DNA of 64,000 bases from a virus (IMGVR_UViG_2721755846_000003:18856-82855); one strand, 5' to 3'; counted from the stretch's first letter, positions 18,519 through 29,304 are shown. Notes: a model not told the origin generated them from the sequence alone. Translations and numbers: made by a program.

Positions 18519-18577
18519 AAGCCCCCGCGACGGCAGCCACCGTCCGGGGGTGTGGACGACTACGAGGAGTCGACATG
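18519..18577 (+). promoter_or_regulatory. HNH leader, copy 2
   Basis: AAGCCCCCGCGACGG-CAGCCA-CCGTCCGGGGG...CGACT-ACGAGG-AGTCGAC-ATG; TACGTT at 18502-18507. Confidence 0.7.
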
Positions 18578-19168
18578 CAACAGCGTACGTGCGCCCTGGC
18601 GGCCACGGACGGCCCCTGCGGGAAGGTGTACCGCAAGGGCTGGTGCAGGAAGCACCACGCCCGGTGGGAGCGCACCGGGGACCCGCTCACCATCCGCAAG
18701 CGCGGCAAGGGCGCCCTGCTCGCCGAGCTGCACGCCGCCGCCAAGGCGACGACGGACCAGTGCATCATCCTGACCACGCCCAAGGGCCGCCGCCCAATGG
18801 GCCAGGTCGACGGCAAGCTGATGTACGCCTCCCGGTGCGTGTGGGTCATCGCCAACGGCGACCCCGGCGACCAGCACGTGCTCCACACCTGCCACCGCGG
18901 CGAGGAGGGGTGCATCAACATCCGCCACCTGTACCTGGGCGACAACGACCGCAACGTCGCGGACATGGTCGAGGCAGGGCGTAGCACCCGCGGAGAGCGC
19001 AGCGGCATGCACAAGCTGAAGGCGCATCAGGTGCACGACATCCGGCGGCGCATCGAGGCCCGCGAGCCGTACGCCAGCATCGCGGCCCGCTACGGCGTGA
19101 GCGCCTCCCTCGTCTCCCGGATCCGCAGCGGGAAGGTCTGGGGCTGGCTCCCAGACGACCAGCAGTAA
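18575..19168 (+). CDS. HNH homing endonuclease-like protein
   Basis: GWCRKH, VLHTCH...CINIRHLYLGDNDRN, C-terminal HTH IAARYGVS. Confidence 0.85.
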   Translation: MQQRTCALAATDGPCGKVYRKGWCRKHHARWERTGDPLTIRKRGKGALLAELHAAAKATTDQCIILTTPKGRRPMGQVDGKLMYASRCVWVIANGDPGDQHVLHTCHRGEEGCINIRHLYLGDNDRNVADMVEAGRSTRGERSGMHKLKAHQVHDIRRRIEAREPYASIAARYGVSASLVSRIRSGKVWGWLPDDQQ

Positions 19169-19197
19169 CAGCGCGTATGCTTACCTCGCCCCCTGGC

Positions 19198-19266
19198 TAT
19201 GCTGGGGGGCGAAGTCGCTGGTTTAGGGCCGGGCTATCTCCGAACATATGGAGAAGCCGACCCATG
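19198..19266 (+). promoter_or_regulatory. Late leader motif, locus 1 (capsid)
   Basis: TATGCT 19198-19203; GTCGCTGGTTTAGGGCCGGGC 19214-19234; GGCTATCTCC / GGAGAAGCC anti-SD stem. Confidence 0.8.
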
Positions 19267-20928
19267 GACTTCGAAATCCCCGAGGACGTCACCGCTCTCG
19301 ATGACGAGGCCCTGGCCCAGGCCCTGGATGGGGCCCGCGCCGCATTCGCCGCCCTGTCCGGGCAGGACGTCATCGACGGCGATGCCATGACCCGCATGCG
19401 CGCCCTGGCCGCCTGCGTCGAGGACATCCGCACCGAGCAGACCGCCCGTGTGGAGGCCGCCACCCAGGCCGCCGCCGAGATCGAGACCCTGGCCGCCCAG
19501 GTGCGCGGCGAGCAGGCCAACCCGCAGGTGCCCGCCGCCCCGGAGGGCCAGGAGCCCGCCGAGCCCGTCGCCGCCACGGAGCAGCCCCCCGCCGCCCCGG
19601 CCGCCCCCGTGCAGCCGGCCGGGCAGCCGGAGGCCGAGCGCACCGCGTCCGCCGTCGCCACCCGGCCCGCCCTCAACCTGCGCGCCGTCCGCCGCGCCCA
19701 GCCGCGCGTCCTGCCGGAGGCCCCGCCCCCGGGCACCACCCTCACCGCCGCCGTGGACGTCCCCGGCTACACCCCGGGCGCAGACCTCAACTTCGACGAC
19801 GTGGTCCGCGGCATCAACTCCCGCGCCACCGCCCTCAAGACGGCCGGCGGCGGCGTGGGCCAGGTCATCAGCTACCACCACCCCTACGGCAGCGACGTCA
19901 TCGTCACCGACTCCTCGTCGGCGCCCGAGGGCACCACGGTGGCCATGACCGCCTCCAGCCAGTCCCGGCTCCCCCAGCAGGACCTGGTGGCCAGCGGCGG
20001 CTGGTGCGCCCCGTCCGAGACGCTCTACGAACTCACGGACACCAGCTGCCCGGACATGCTGTGGGACGCCCCGGAAATCCAGCTCGCGCGCGGTGGCCTG
20101 CGCTACTACAAGCCGCTCAGCCTGGACGTGTCGGCGATGACCTGGGTGCACACCGAGGCGGACGACATCGCTGGCAACACCAAGCCGTGCTTCCGCATCC
20201 CCTGCCCGGACCCGGTGGAGGTGCGCTGTGACGCCGTCGGTGTCTGCCTGGAGGCGGGCATCCTGACCCAGCGTCATTTCCCGGAGCTCATCGCCTGGTA
20301 CCTGCGCAACGCCATGGTGGCGCACGAGATCCGGCTGCGTCAGGTTCTCTTCGCCAAGGCCCTGGCCACGGCCACGCCAGTGACCGTGCCTCAGTCCATG
20401 GGTGCCCTGTCCGCGGTCTTCGCCGCGGTCGCCCTGCAGAGCGCCGACATGATCGAGCGTCACAGCCTGTGCGACAGCACGGCCCTGGAGGTCGTGTTTC
20501 CGTGGTGGTCGCGGAACCTGTTCCTGGCGGACCTGGCGCGCCGTAACGGCTGCTGCCCGTCCGAGGTGTCCTCCCAGGACGTGCAGGACCTGTTCAGCCC
20601 GCTGGGCGTGCGCATCCAGTGGGCGCGCGGCCTGGCCCCGGCCGTCCCCACCGACATCGGCGCCGCCACCCCGGCCGTCGACTGGCCGGCCACGCTCAAC
20701 TTCCTGATCTACCCGGCCGGCTCTCTGGTCATCGGCCGCGGCGAGGACGTGAACCTGGGCGTGATTCACGACAGTACGAAGTTCTCCACGAACGACTACA
20801 CCGCGCTTTTCGCTGAAGAGTGCGTGGCGCTGGTGGACCGCTCCGTCGACACGCGAGTCGTGACCGTGCCCGTATGCCCCACGGGTGAGACCGGCGGCCA
20901 GACCGTCCTGGCCTGCCCGATCGCCTGA
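19264..20928 (+). CDS. Major capsid protein with N-terminal scaffold-like region
   Basis: Coiled and Pro-Ala-rich N-terminus, then LVASGGWCAPSETLY...ARGGLRY as in actinophage capsids. Confidence 0.85.
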   Translation: MDFEIPEDVTALDDEALAQALDGARAAFAALSGQDVIDGDAMTRMRALAACVEDIRTEQTARVEAATQAAAEIETLAAQVRGEQANPQVPAAPEGQEPAEPVAATEQPPAAPAAPVQPAGQPEAERTASAVATRPALNLRAVRRAQPRVLPEAPPPGTTLTAAVDVPGYTPGADLNFDDVVRGINSRATALKTAGGGVGQVISYHHPYGSDVIVTDSSSAPEGTTVAMTASSQSRLPQQDLVASGGWCAPSETLYELTDTSCPDMLWDAPEIQLARGGLRYYKPLSLDVSAMTWVHTEADDIAGNTKPCFRIPCPDPVEVRCDAVGVCLEAGILTQRHFPELIAWYLRNAMVAHEIRLRQVLFAKALATATPVTVPQSMGALSAVFAAVALQSADMIERHSLCDSTALEVVFPWWSRNLFLADLARRNGCCPSEVSSQDVQDLFSPLGVRIQWARGLAPAVPTDIGAATPAVDWPATLNFLIYPAGSLVIGRGEDVNLGVIHDSTKFSTNDYTALFAEECVALVDRSVDTRVVTVPVCPTGETGGQTVLACPIA

Positions 20929-20949
20929 CGCCCTCCGGCACCCACAGAC

Positions 20950-20994
20950 GCGCGTGCCGGGCCCGTGAACCCTGAGCACAGGCCCGGCACGCGC
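20950..20994 (+). terminator. Stem-loop after capsid gene
   Basis: GCGCGTGCCGGGCCCGTG / CACAGGCCCGGCACGCGC. Confidence 0.65.
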
Positions 20995-21020
20995 CCTCAC
21001 ACCATGACTGGAGGTGCGTG

Positions 21021-21862
21021 ATGCCTGCTGGACTGCGCCAGACCGTGCAGGGCATTTCGGGCACGCCGCTCCCGCACGGCATCCTCGGCGCCTCGTGCTC
21101 GACCGTCATCGACGTCACCGAGGACAGCATCCACGAACTCAACGGCGTGGAGTGGCTGGCCATGGGCTGCTGCCCGGCGAGGGACTGGCCGGACCCGTGC
21201 GAGGACCCCTACCCGGAGCGCCCACCGAAAAGGAGTTCTGCCGCCCCGAGACCGAGCACGCCACGCCCATCACCGTGTACGCCGGCGCGGAGTGCTCCGC
21301 CCCCGGGTTCTCCTATGAGGAGGCCCGCGCCCAGGCGCTCGCCTCCCTCGCCCTGGGGGAGCAGCACGCGGTGGAGGCCGGGTTCATGCGAACCAAGCTC
21401 ACCCAGGACGCCCTGGACATCACCCCGGCAGAGGGCCCGCTGTCCATGGCCCAGGGCGTGGCCGCGCTGGAGGGCTGCCTGGCCGAGAACTACGGCGGCG
21501 TGGGCACCCTGCACGTCCCCGCCGGCGCCGCGGCGCTGCTCGGCTGCTGCAACATCCTGCGGGAGGACCCCGCCACCGGCACCCTGCGCACCCTCGTGGG
21601 CAACTGCGCCGTCATCGGCGCCGGTTACTCCTACCTCAACCAGGGCCCGGGCAACATCCCCGCCGACCCCGGGACGGCATGGCTGTACATCACCGGGCCC
21701 CTGGTCATCCGTCGGGGCCCGATCGACGTGATCCCGGACCGCGGCCGCGCCTCCGCCTCCGTGAACATCCGCAACAACGACCGCCGCGTGCTGGCCGAGC
21801 GCACCTGGCTGGTGGGCACGACCTGCACCATTTGCGCGGTGAACGTGAGGGTCTGCGAGTGA
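21021..21862 (+). pseudogene. Putative minor capsid/structural gene split by a -1 frameshift near 21205-21230
   Basis: 5' part coding in the frame of ORF 21018 (GGAGG SD), 3' part in the frame of ORF 21014 ending in a GTGA overlap with the next gene. Confidence 0.65.
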
Positions 21863-22512
21863 GTCAGGACATGATCCGAGTCAAGCCCGAGCGGTCCCGG
21901 CTGGTGGCGTTCGCGCGGTGGGCGACCGCCCAGACGCCCAAGGTCGGCACCATCGGCCTGGGGGAGTTCGGCGTCCCTGCCGGCCTGTTCGTCCACACCC
22001 CCGAGGACGTGCTGATCGGCGCCCTGGTCGACGGGCACCGGTACGTGTCCCCGGCGGAGGACGCCGCCCGTGAGGGGCGGCTCCTCAGCTGTGGTCTCTG
22101 CTACGTGGAGAACGGCGAGGAGGTACACCCGCACCCCGAGTGCACAGCGCACCCCGCTGGGACACAGGAGCTGCTGGGCGTCGCCGACCCGGCCGCGCTC
22201 ACCCCGCCCGTACCGATGGGCAACCCGGAGGCGGACGCCGCGGCCATGGTCGCCGCCACCAGCCCCGAGACGATCCAGGCCGCCATGGACGCCGTCCTGA
22301 TCGCCACGGACCTGGCTGCCAGCAACGCCGCCGCCGCTGGAGGGGACGGCAGCGACCCGAGCGACCCGGGCCCGGACTACGCCCCGCTGGAGGACGCCCC
22401 AGCCGGCGACGAGGACGACGGCGACGGGTGGCCGTGCGACCGGTGCCCGCGGTCCTTCACCACCGAGCGCGGCCGGGACTCCCACCGCCGCCAGGTCCAC
22501 AGGGAGGACTGA
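21859..22512 (+). CDS. Hypothetical protein with C-terminal C2H2 zinc finger
   Basis: CDRCPRSFTTERGRDSHRRQVH; internal CGLC...HPHPEC. Confidence 0.7.
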   Translation: MSQDMIRVKPERSRLVAFARWATAQTPKVGTIGLGEFGVPAGLFVHTPEDVLIGALVDGHRYVSPAEDAAREGRLLSCGLCYVENGEEVHPHPECTAHPAGTQELLGVADPAALTPPVPMGNPEADAAAMVAATSPETIQAAMDAVLIATDLAASNAAAAGGDGSDPSDPGPDYAPLEDAPAGDEDDGDGWPCDRCPRSFTTERGRDSHRRQVHRED

Positions 22513-22521
22513 CGGATGCGC

Positions 22522-23148
22522 CTACTCCACCCAGGCCCGGCGCTTGCGGTTCACGATGCGACTGATGCGCGGCTGGCTGACTCCGAACTGGGCCGCGATG
22601 ACCTTTTGGGGCGTTCCCCCCGCTGCGAGCGTTCGGATCACGGGCACGTCGGCGTCCTCGATCTTCAGGTTGGGCTTACTGCGGCTGGCCACGGCTCTGG
22701 TCGGCTTGCGCCCCTTGGCCATGCTGTCGTGCAGGTTGGCCGCCGCGTCTCCCTCCCACAGGCAACCAGAGTTCACGCACGCCGGGTTGTCACACCGGTG
22801 GCACGCGAACATGTCGACGCCCAGCGGCCTGCCCAACTTGTCCTCCAGGACGAGGCGGGTAACGCGGGTCATCCTCCGTTGGATCTTCACGGTGGGGTAG
22901 CCGTCCGCGTCGGCCGCGAACCGGCCGTCGTTGATCCTGCACCCCTCGGCGTTAGGGGGGATGGCGAGCGCTGCGGCGAGCACCTCGGCCCGTGCCCGCT
23001 TGGGGACGGACCGGCGCCCGTTCGGGTCCAGTCCGCCGTGACGGTCCTGCCACGTCGCGCACGGGTGGCACCAGCCGCGTCGCGCAATGCGACGGCTGCA
23101 CTTCACACCGTCCGCGAATACCACAGGGCAGGTACTAGCGTCGGTCAC
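22522..23148 (-). CDS. HNH homing endonuclease-like protein, antisense insertion
   Basis: GYPTV, ACHRCDNPACVN..LWEG..AAN..D, HTH IAAQFGVSQPRISRI; usual second His appears replaced (SGCL). Confidence 0.82.
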   Translation of the reverse strand: MTDASTCPVVFADGVKCSRRIARRGWCHPCATWQDRHGGLDPNGRRSVPKRARAEVLAAALAIPPNAEGCRINDGRFAADADGYPTVKIQRRMTRVTRLVLEDKLGRPLGVDMFACHRCDNPACVNSGCLWEGDAAANLHDSMAKGRKPTRAVASRSKPNLKIEDADVPVIRTLAAGGTPQKVIAAQFGVSQPRISRIVNRKRRAWVE

Positions 23149-23205
23149 GTCGACTCCTCATCAGTCGGCCATGCCCCCGGGCGGTGCCAGCCGTCGCGGG
23201 GGTCT
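23146..23205 (-). promoter_or_regulatory. HNH leader, copy 3
   Basis: Minus strand AGACCCCCGCGACGG-CTGGCA-CCGCCCGGGGGCATGGCCGACT-GATGAGG-AGTCGAC-GTG; CATAAT upstream. Confidence 0.72.
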
Positions 23206-23252
23206 CTGTATGCCCATTATGAGTGCTTTTGCCGCCAAGGGGGGTGCCTGTA

Positions 23253-25841
23253 GTGGCAGTTCAGCCTTTGCCGTGTGACGACGGCGGGACCGGCACACCA
23301 GGCGCCTGCTCCTGCTCGCCGTCCATCGCCTCCGCCCCGCTGTGTCGGGCGGACGGCACCACCGTGCTCCTGGTCCTGCGCTCCGGCTGCGTGGCGTGCG
23401 GCCAGGCGGCCACGGATCCGGCCGTCGTCGGCTGGATCGACCCGCTCACCGGGGTGCTCACCCCGGGCGCGGCCCCGCCGGACGCCGGCCCCTGCTCCAT
23501 GGGCTGCTCCTGCTCGCCGTCCATCGCCACCACACCCCTGTGCCGGGCAGACGGCACCACCGTGCTCCTGGTGGTGCGCAACGACTGCGCGGACTGCGAC
23601 ACCCCCGCCCCCGACCCCACGGTGGTGGGCTGGCTGGACCCGCTCACCGGCGTGTTCACCCCGGGCGCTGCGCCGGCCGACGCCGGGCCGTGTGACCCGG
23701 GCTGTGTGGACACCGTCTGTCGGCAGCTCTGCGACGACACCGATGGCGACGGCCAAGCGGACGCCACCTATTCGGAGCTGTGGTGCATCAAGGCGGACGG
23801 CTCCGCCTCCCTCGTCCTCACCTACCAGGACGACCCCTCACAGCCGTACACGCCCGTGGCACCGGTCGACTGCACGTATGGCTGCCCCGAGACCGAGACC
23901 GTCACCCTGTGCGATGCCTCCGGTCCGTTCCTGCGCCGCTTCACCTGGCTCGCCGGGGTGGGCACGTACGAGGACGTCGCCCTGGACGGCCAGACACCGT
24001 ACGTCGTCAACGGCACCGTTGGGGTGTGCGCCGGCGACGGCGGCACCCCGGGCACGCCGTGCGCCGAGCAGACCACGCCGGCCGCCACGCTCGGCCTGTG
24101 CCTGGCGGACGGCACACCGATCGCGGTCATCCTCACCCGCGACTGCGACGGCACGGTCACCCAGGACGGATGGCTCAACCTCACCACCGGCACCTACAGC
24201 ACTGGCGCGCCCCCGGCCGGGGCCGCCGCGTGTGGGGACTCCCGCGCCTTCGAGCTGGCCGGGCTGCTGTGCGACGTCGACCCGGCAACCGGCGACGTCC
24301 TCGGCCTGGTCCTCGTCGAGTACGAGTACAACCCGGACGGCAGCCTCGCCCACGTGCGGCTCGTGGACCCCGGCACCGGCACCACGTACACCCTGCAAGG
24401 GGAGCTGCGCTACTGCCCGGCCGGGACCGCCGCGGCGGCCGCCGACCTGGACCTCACCGTGCTGTGCGACGTCCAGGCAGACGGCACCGCCGTGCCGTTC
24501 GTGCGGGACTACCGGCGCGACCCCACCACCGGCCAGATCAACGGGCACACGGACTACGGCCTGGACGGCACGCCGTACACCCCGACCGGCACCGCTGGCG
24601 TCTGCTCCCCGCAGGCGGAGCCGTGCCGCAACGCCAGCACGCTCCTGCTGTGCGACCTGCCCACCGACGGGACACCGGCCCCAACCGTCACGGACACCCC
24701 CGGCGGGCCGTACTACCCGTACACCACAGGGGTGGCCACCCCGGGGGCGCAAGCCCTATGGGACGGCGGCCCGCTGAACCTCCCGGCCGCGGCAGGCCCG
24801 CAGCCAGGCACGGGGGGCACCGTACGGACCGCTGCGGCGGTCATCCAGGCCCCGCGGCCCGCCTGTGACGCCGGTACCGCGCACGTCACGGTGCAGGTCG
24901 ACGTCACCCAGCTTGGCCCCGACGCCGGATGCCGAGCCACCGGGTTCCTCGGCCTATACAACGGCCCCGGCGACGCCAACCGGGTAGCTCTCGCACTCGC
25001 CCCACCCGACACCCCCGTCGGGTGGGCCGGAACGCTGACCGCCGAGGCCGACGTCCCGGCCGCCGACCTCGCCGCCGGGAACATCGTCGTCGTGGTCGCG
25101 TTCGACGCCTACGACGACAGCGGCGCCACCTGCCCACCCCCGCGCCACACGGCCTGGCAGCTGTCCCAGTTCGACGCCACGGTGGTCTACGACCAGACCG
25201 GATGCGCGCCGCAGTTCCTCCGCAGCATCACCACCGACTGCGAGACCGGCGCTGTCACCGCCGTCACCGACACCACGCTGGACGGGCAGCCGTACACGGT
25301 CACCGGGCAGCCCGGCCAGTGCACAGCAGCCGGGGGCGGTTCCTGCTGCCCCGAGCAGCCGTGCCCGGCGCAGACCGTCATCGAGGCATGCCGCTGCGAC
25401 GACACCGACGCGGACGGCCTGCCCGACGTCGGCTATGTGGAGCTGCTCGCCGTCGACTGCTCCGGGGCCGTCACCAGCCTGGGCACCTACACGGACGGGC
25501 TCACCGGCCCGTACACGCCCGTCTCGCCGGTGGACTGCAACGCCCTGGGCGACGAGGAGGGCGCAGAGCCAACTTTCGGCGCGCAGGCCCACCGGGTGGA
25601 GCTCGCCGGCGCTGCCTCCTGGAGCGCCGCGGCGTGGCCGACCCTCCAGTCAGTGACCGCCGTCGCCCACGGCGGCACCGGCACTATCACCACCGCTGAC
25701 GGCCCCTCAACCCTGCACCAGGGCGAGGCCGCCACCTGGAGCATCGCGCGGGACGAGGATGCCCGCCTCACCGGACCGCTCACCATCGCGGCGAGCACCG
25801 GCACCGTGACCGTCACCTTCACCACCGGAGTGCAACTGTGA
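23253..25841 (+). CDS. Large Cys-rich repeat protein, putative virion decoration
   Basis: Two tandem ~66 aa CSCSPSIA..LCRADGT repeats, LCDV modules, CDDTDGDG motifs. Confidence 0.78.
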   Translation: MAVQPLPCDDGGTGTPGACSCSPSIASAPLCRADGTTVLLVLRSGCVACGQAATDPAVVGWIDPLTGVLTPGAAPPDAGPCSMGCSCSPSIATTPLCRADGTTVLLVVRNDCADCDTPAPDPTVVGWLDPLTGVFTPGAAPADAGPCDPGCVDTVCRQLCDDTDGDGQADATYSELWCIKADGSASLVLTYQDDPSQPYTPVAPVDCTYGCPETETVTLCDASGPFLRRFTWLAGVGTYEDVALDGQTPYVVNGTVGVCAGDGGTPGTPCAEQTTPAATLGLCLADGTPIAVILTRDCDGTVTQDGWLNLTTGTYSTGAPPAGAAACGDSRAFELAGLLCDVDPATGDVLGLVLVEYEYNPDGSLAHVRLVDPGTGTTYTLQGELRYCPAGTAAAAADLDLTVLCDVQADGTAVPFVRDYRRDPTTGQINGHTDYGLDGTPYTPTGTAGVCSPQAEPCRNASTLLLCDLPTDGTPAPTVTDTPGGPYYPYTTGVATPGAQALWDGGPLNLPAAAGPQPGTGGTVRTAAAVIQAPRPACDAGTAHVTVQVDVTQLGPDAGCRATGFLGLYNGPGDANRVALALAPPDTPVGWAGTLTAEADVPAADLAAGNIVVVVAFDAYDDSGATCPPPRHTAWQLSQFDATVVYDQTGCAPQFLRSITTDCETGAVTAVTDTTLDGQPYTVTGQPGQCTAAGGGSCCPEQPCPAQTVIEACRCDDTDADGLPDVGYVELLAVDCSGAVTSLGTYTDGLTGPYTPVSPVDCNALGDEEGAEPTFGAQAHRVELAGAASWSAAAWPTLQSVTAVAHGGTGTITTADGPSTLHQGEAATWSIARDEDARLTGPLTIAASTGTVTVTFTTGVQL

Positions 25842-28800
25842 GTGGATGCTGCGGGCAGGGGCCCGTCATCGTCAGCCAGGCCGCGGCAGCGACCGCCCGC
25901 GTGGACGTGGAGCCGCTGCTCCTGTGTGACGTGCTCCCGGACGGCACGATCGCCGGCCTCGCACAGGTGGAGTCCGTCTACCACGCGAGCACCGGCGCCC
26001 GGCTGACCACGCGCATCGTCAACCCCACCACCGGGGCGACCTACACCCCCACCGGTACGCTCGGCCTGTGCTCGCCGCCGGCCAACGAGTGCGCCCGGCA
26101 GATCACCCAGGTGACCCGCTGCGACGACACCACCGGCGACGGCATCGGCGACACCGAGTATGTCGAGGTGTGGTCGCTGGACCCGTGCGACGGTGGCGCG
26201 CCCCAACTGGTGGGTACGTACCTCGCCGGGGACTTCACGAGCCCCTACACGCCGACCGCGCCCGCCGACTGCCCGACCCAGACGCCGGACACCCCGGTCG
26301 TCCTGGGCACCGTCTGCTACGACGACGGCGCTGGCGGCACCGGCACGGCGGCCGTCCTCAAGTGCGCCGCCTGCGGGGACCCGGCCGTCACGTACCTCGA
26401 TCTCGCCACCGGCGCCGTGCTGACCGCGCCGGCCATCGTGCCGTGCCCGGCCGCCGCGGACCGGACGACGCAACTCCTGTGCGACGTCCAGGCCGACGGC
26501 ACCTCCTCCCCGTTCCTGCGCGCGTTCACCACCGACGACACCGGCACCACCACGGCGGACACGCTCCTCGACGGCACCACGGCCTACACACCGACCGGCA
26601 CCGTCGGCGTCTGCCTGCCGGTCACCGACTGCGCCTCACCGACCACCCCGACCGCCACCATCGGCCTGTGCCTGCCGGACGGGACACCGATCGCCGTCAC
26701 CGTCGTCCGCGACTGCGACGGCGTGGTCACCTCCGAGGGATGGATCAACCTCCAGACCGGCGCCTACAGCGCGGGCGCGCCGCCGGTCGGCACTGTCGCC
26801 TGCGGCAGCTCCCAGAGCGTTCAGGTCTCGGGAACGTTCTGCGACGTCCTGGCGGACGGCACGGTCGCCGGTCTGGTGCTGATCGAGTACAGCTACGCCG
26901 CGGACGGCACGATCGACAGCGTCCGCCTGGTCGACGCCACCACCGGCGCCACCTACACCCCGACCGGCACCGTCACCACCTGCCCGGCCGGCGTCGAGCA
27001 GCCGGAACAGGACGTCGTCCAGCTCTGCGACACGGCCGCCGACGGCACCGTCACCCCGATGGTCCGCGACTACCGGCGGGACGAGACGGGCGCCATCGTC
27101 GGGCACTCCGACTACCTCCTGGACGGCTCCCCCCACACGCCGACCGGCACCGTGGGGGACTGCCAGCCCGACCCACAGCCGGAGCGAGACCTGGCCGTCC
27201 TATGCGACGTCCAGGCGAACGGCAGCGTGATCACGTTCCTGCGCGACTACGCCCGGGATGCGGCCGGAACCGTCACCGGCCACGCGGACTATGCCCTCAA
27301 CGGCTCTGCCCCGTACGCCCCGACCGGCACCGTGGGCGTCTGCCAGCCGTCGCCCTGCAAGGACTGCGAAACGCTGGTGCTGTGCGACGTGCCCACTGGC
27401 GCGCCGGTCACGATCACCGGGACCGCAACGTCCGGCACCCTGTCCAACGGCGTCGGCTGGACGGCGACGGACGCGGGCAACGGTACGGCGATGCCGGTCA
27501 ACCAGAGCAACGCTGACGGCTCCTGGTGGGGGCTGCACTCCTTCCCCCACGCCGTCACCGCGGCGACCCGGTGGACGTTCTCCCGGCCCTCCATCGTGGA
27601 GTTCTCGGTCTACGTCCACTACTACGCGGGGAGCCCAGGCATCAGTTGGGCGCAGCTCCCCACCGGGCTGGAAGTCGTTTACCTGCCGGACGGCTACTCC
27701 TACAACTCGGCAACCGGGGTCCTGACCCGCACCGCCGATGGCGTACCGCCCGACCCCTGCTCGTATGTGACCACTCCGCAGGTCGCGGGGAGCGCCCGGT
27801 TCCGTACCTCTGGCGCCGTCACCTCCGTCACCACCGCACCGGCACCGAACAGCCGCGCGGCGGTGTGCGGCACGTTCCTCACCTACTGGGCCGGTGCCGT
27901 GTCGGTGCTCCCGGCCGGCCCGTTCCTGCGGCACATCTGCCGCTCCTGCGACGGCACCCCCACCATCACGGACACCCTCCTCGACGGCACCACCCCCTAC
28001 ACCGTGGCCGGGACCGCCGGGGTGTGCGAGCCGCCCGAGCCGCCCGAGCCGGAGTCCTGCTGCCAGCCGGCCCAGGTCTGCATCCAGCAGGACCCCACCC
28101 AGGAAGTCGAGTTCATCTCCAACGAGGCCCACCTCAACGACAACTCGGTGGACCCCGTATGGAAGTGGACGCCGGACATCAACGCGGCCAACCCGCCCTG
28201 GTACGACATGTACGAGTTCCAGTACTCGGGCGCCTGGTCGGTCACCGACTCCGACAGCGCACGCCCGGCCTGGTGGGTCTCCCCGCATCCGAACGGCGCC
28301 TCCGCGCAGTCGAGCCCGGCACAGCCGAACGAGGGCCCGTCGCTCCTCAGCACCCACTGGTTCCCGCGCGCCTACTTCGACCTGCCGGCCAACGCCGACC
28401 CCGCCACCATCCAGCTCCAGGCCACAGTGTTCAACGCCGACCAGATCGGCCGCGCGTTCCGGCTGAACAACGGTGCCTGGCAGAGCCTCCCGCCCACGGC
28501 CACGCACAACGGGACGACGTACACCTTCGGCCCCGCCACCATCCCGGGCGCGCAGGCCGGCCGGAACTTCCTCTACCTCGACGTCGAGGAAACCGTCGGC
28601 GGCGGATCCGGCCTGATGGTGCACCTGAAGGTCACCTATGAGGTCATCCCCGAGACTCGCTCCTGGACGCGGATGGTCTGCTGCGACGACACGATCTACT
28701 ACCTGGACGAGGACGGGCAGCGCCAGGACGCCATCCCGGACGGCTGGCACCTGGCGCCCTGCGGCGGAGACGCAGGCAGCAGCACGCCCGCCTGCGCCAA

Positions 28801-29263
28801 GCAGGTGGTGGAGCGCTGCGGCTGCGACGACACCGACGGCGACGGCATCGGTGACGTCCAGTACACCGAGCTGTGGGCCGTCGACCCCTGCAACGGCGCC
28901 GCCCCGACCCTGCTGGGCGCCTTCCTCGACGGCGACCTCACCCAGCCGTACACGCCGACCGCGCCGGTCGACTGCACCGCGGCGGAGCTGCTCCCGGGGC
29001 CGCTGAGCACCGGCGTACGGGCCGTGACCGGAACCGCGGCGCAAAACATCGCGAGCAGCTTCCCCGGCGTCCAGAGCGTCAGCCTCACCGTGCTCGCCGG
29101 CGCGGTCAACGCCACCATGTCGGACGGCGCGGCGGTGCCGATCCCGGCCGGGGTCACGATGACGTGGTCCGTCGCCCAGGACAGCGACACCGCCCTCGCC
29201 GTGGCCTCCTTCGCCGGGGCGACCGCGGCAGCGAGCTACCTCCTGAACTGGACGTACCGCTGA
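25838..29263 (+). CDS. Large Cys-rich repeat protein (1141 aa), paralogous modules to 23253
   Basis: Repeated LCDVxADGT..RDY..LDG..YTPTGTVGVC; CDDTxGDGIGD; Trp-rich beta domain near the C-terminus. Confidence 0.82.
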   Translation: MSGCCGQGPVIVSQAAAATARVDVEPLLLCDVLPDGTIAGLAQVESVYHASTGARLTTRIVNPTTGATYTPTGTLGLCSPPANECARQITQVTRCDDTTGDGIGDTEYVEVWSLDPCDGGAPQLVGTYLAGDFTSPYTPTAPADCPTQTPDTPVVLGTVCYDDGAGGTGTAAVLKCAACGDPAVTYLDLATGAVLTAPAIVPCPAAADRTTQLLCDVQADGTSSPFLRAFTTDDTGTTTADTLLDGTTAYTPTGTVGVCLPVTDCASPTTPTATIGLCLPDGTPIAVTVVRDCDGVVTSEGWINLQTGAYSAGAPPVGTVACGSSQSVQVSGTFCDVLADGTVAGLVLIEYSYAADGTIDSVRLVDATTGATYTPTGTVTTCPAGVEQPEQDVVQLCDTAADGTVTPMVRDYRRDETGAIVGHSDYLLDGSPHTPTGTVGDCQPDPQPERDLAVLCDVQANGSVITFLRDYARDAAGTVTGHADYALNGSAPYAPTGTVGVCQPSPCKDCETLVLCDVPTGAPVTITGTATSGTLSNGVGWTATDAGNGTAMPVNQSNADGSWWGLHSFPHAVTAATRWTFSRPSIVEFSVYVHYYAGSPGISWAQLPTGLEVVYLPDGYSYNSATGVLTRTADGVPPDPCSYVTTPQVAGSARFRTSGAVTSVTTAPAPNSRAAVCGTFLTYWAGAVSVLPAGPFLRHICRSCDGTPTITDTLLDGTTPYTVAGTAGVCEPPEPPEPESCCQPAQVCIQQDPTQEVEFISNEAHLNDNSVDPVWKWTPDINAANPPWYDMYEFQYSGAWSVTDSDSARPAWWVSPHPNGASAQSSPAQPNEGPSLLSTHWFPRAYFDLPANADPATIQLQATVFNADQIGRAFRLNNGAWQSLPPTATHNGTTYTFGPATIPGAQAGRNFLYLDVEETVGGGSGLMVHLKVTYEVIPETRSWTRMVCCDDTIYYLDEDGQRQDAIPDGWHLAPCGGDAGSSTPACAKQVVERCGCDDTDGDGIGDVQYTELWAVDPCNGAAPTLLGAFLDGDLTQPYTPTAPVDCTAAELLPGPLSTGVRAVTGTAAQNIASSFPGVQSVSLTVLAGAVNATMSDGAAVPIPAGVTMTWSVAQDSDTALAVASFAGATAAASYLLNWTYR

Positions 29264-29304
29264 TGGCCGCCCCCTTTCCCCAGACCGCCGACCAGGAGGC
29301 GCTG

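Noticed and set aside
13674-21000. Long minus-strand ORFs (13674..15989, 14704..17514, 19234..21000; likewise 32319..34988)
   Set aside because: Shadow ORFs of high-GC coding genes with no recognisable motifs
22500-23260. Target-site duplication around the third HNH cassette
   Set aside because: Flanks share only weak purine-rich SD-like similarity
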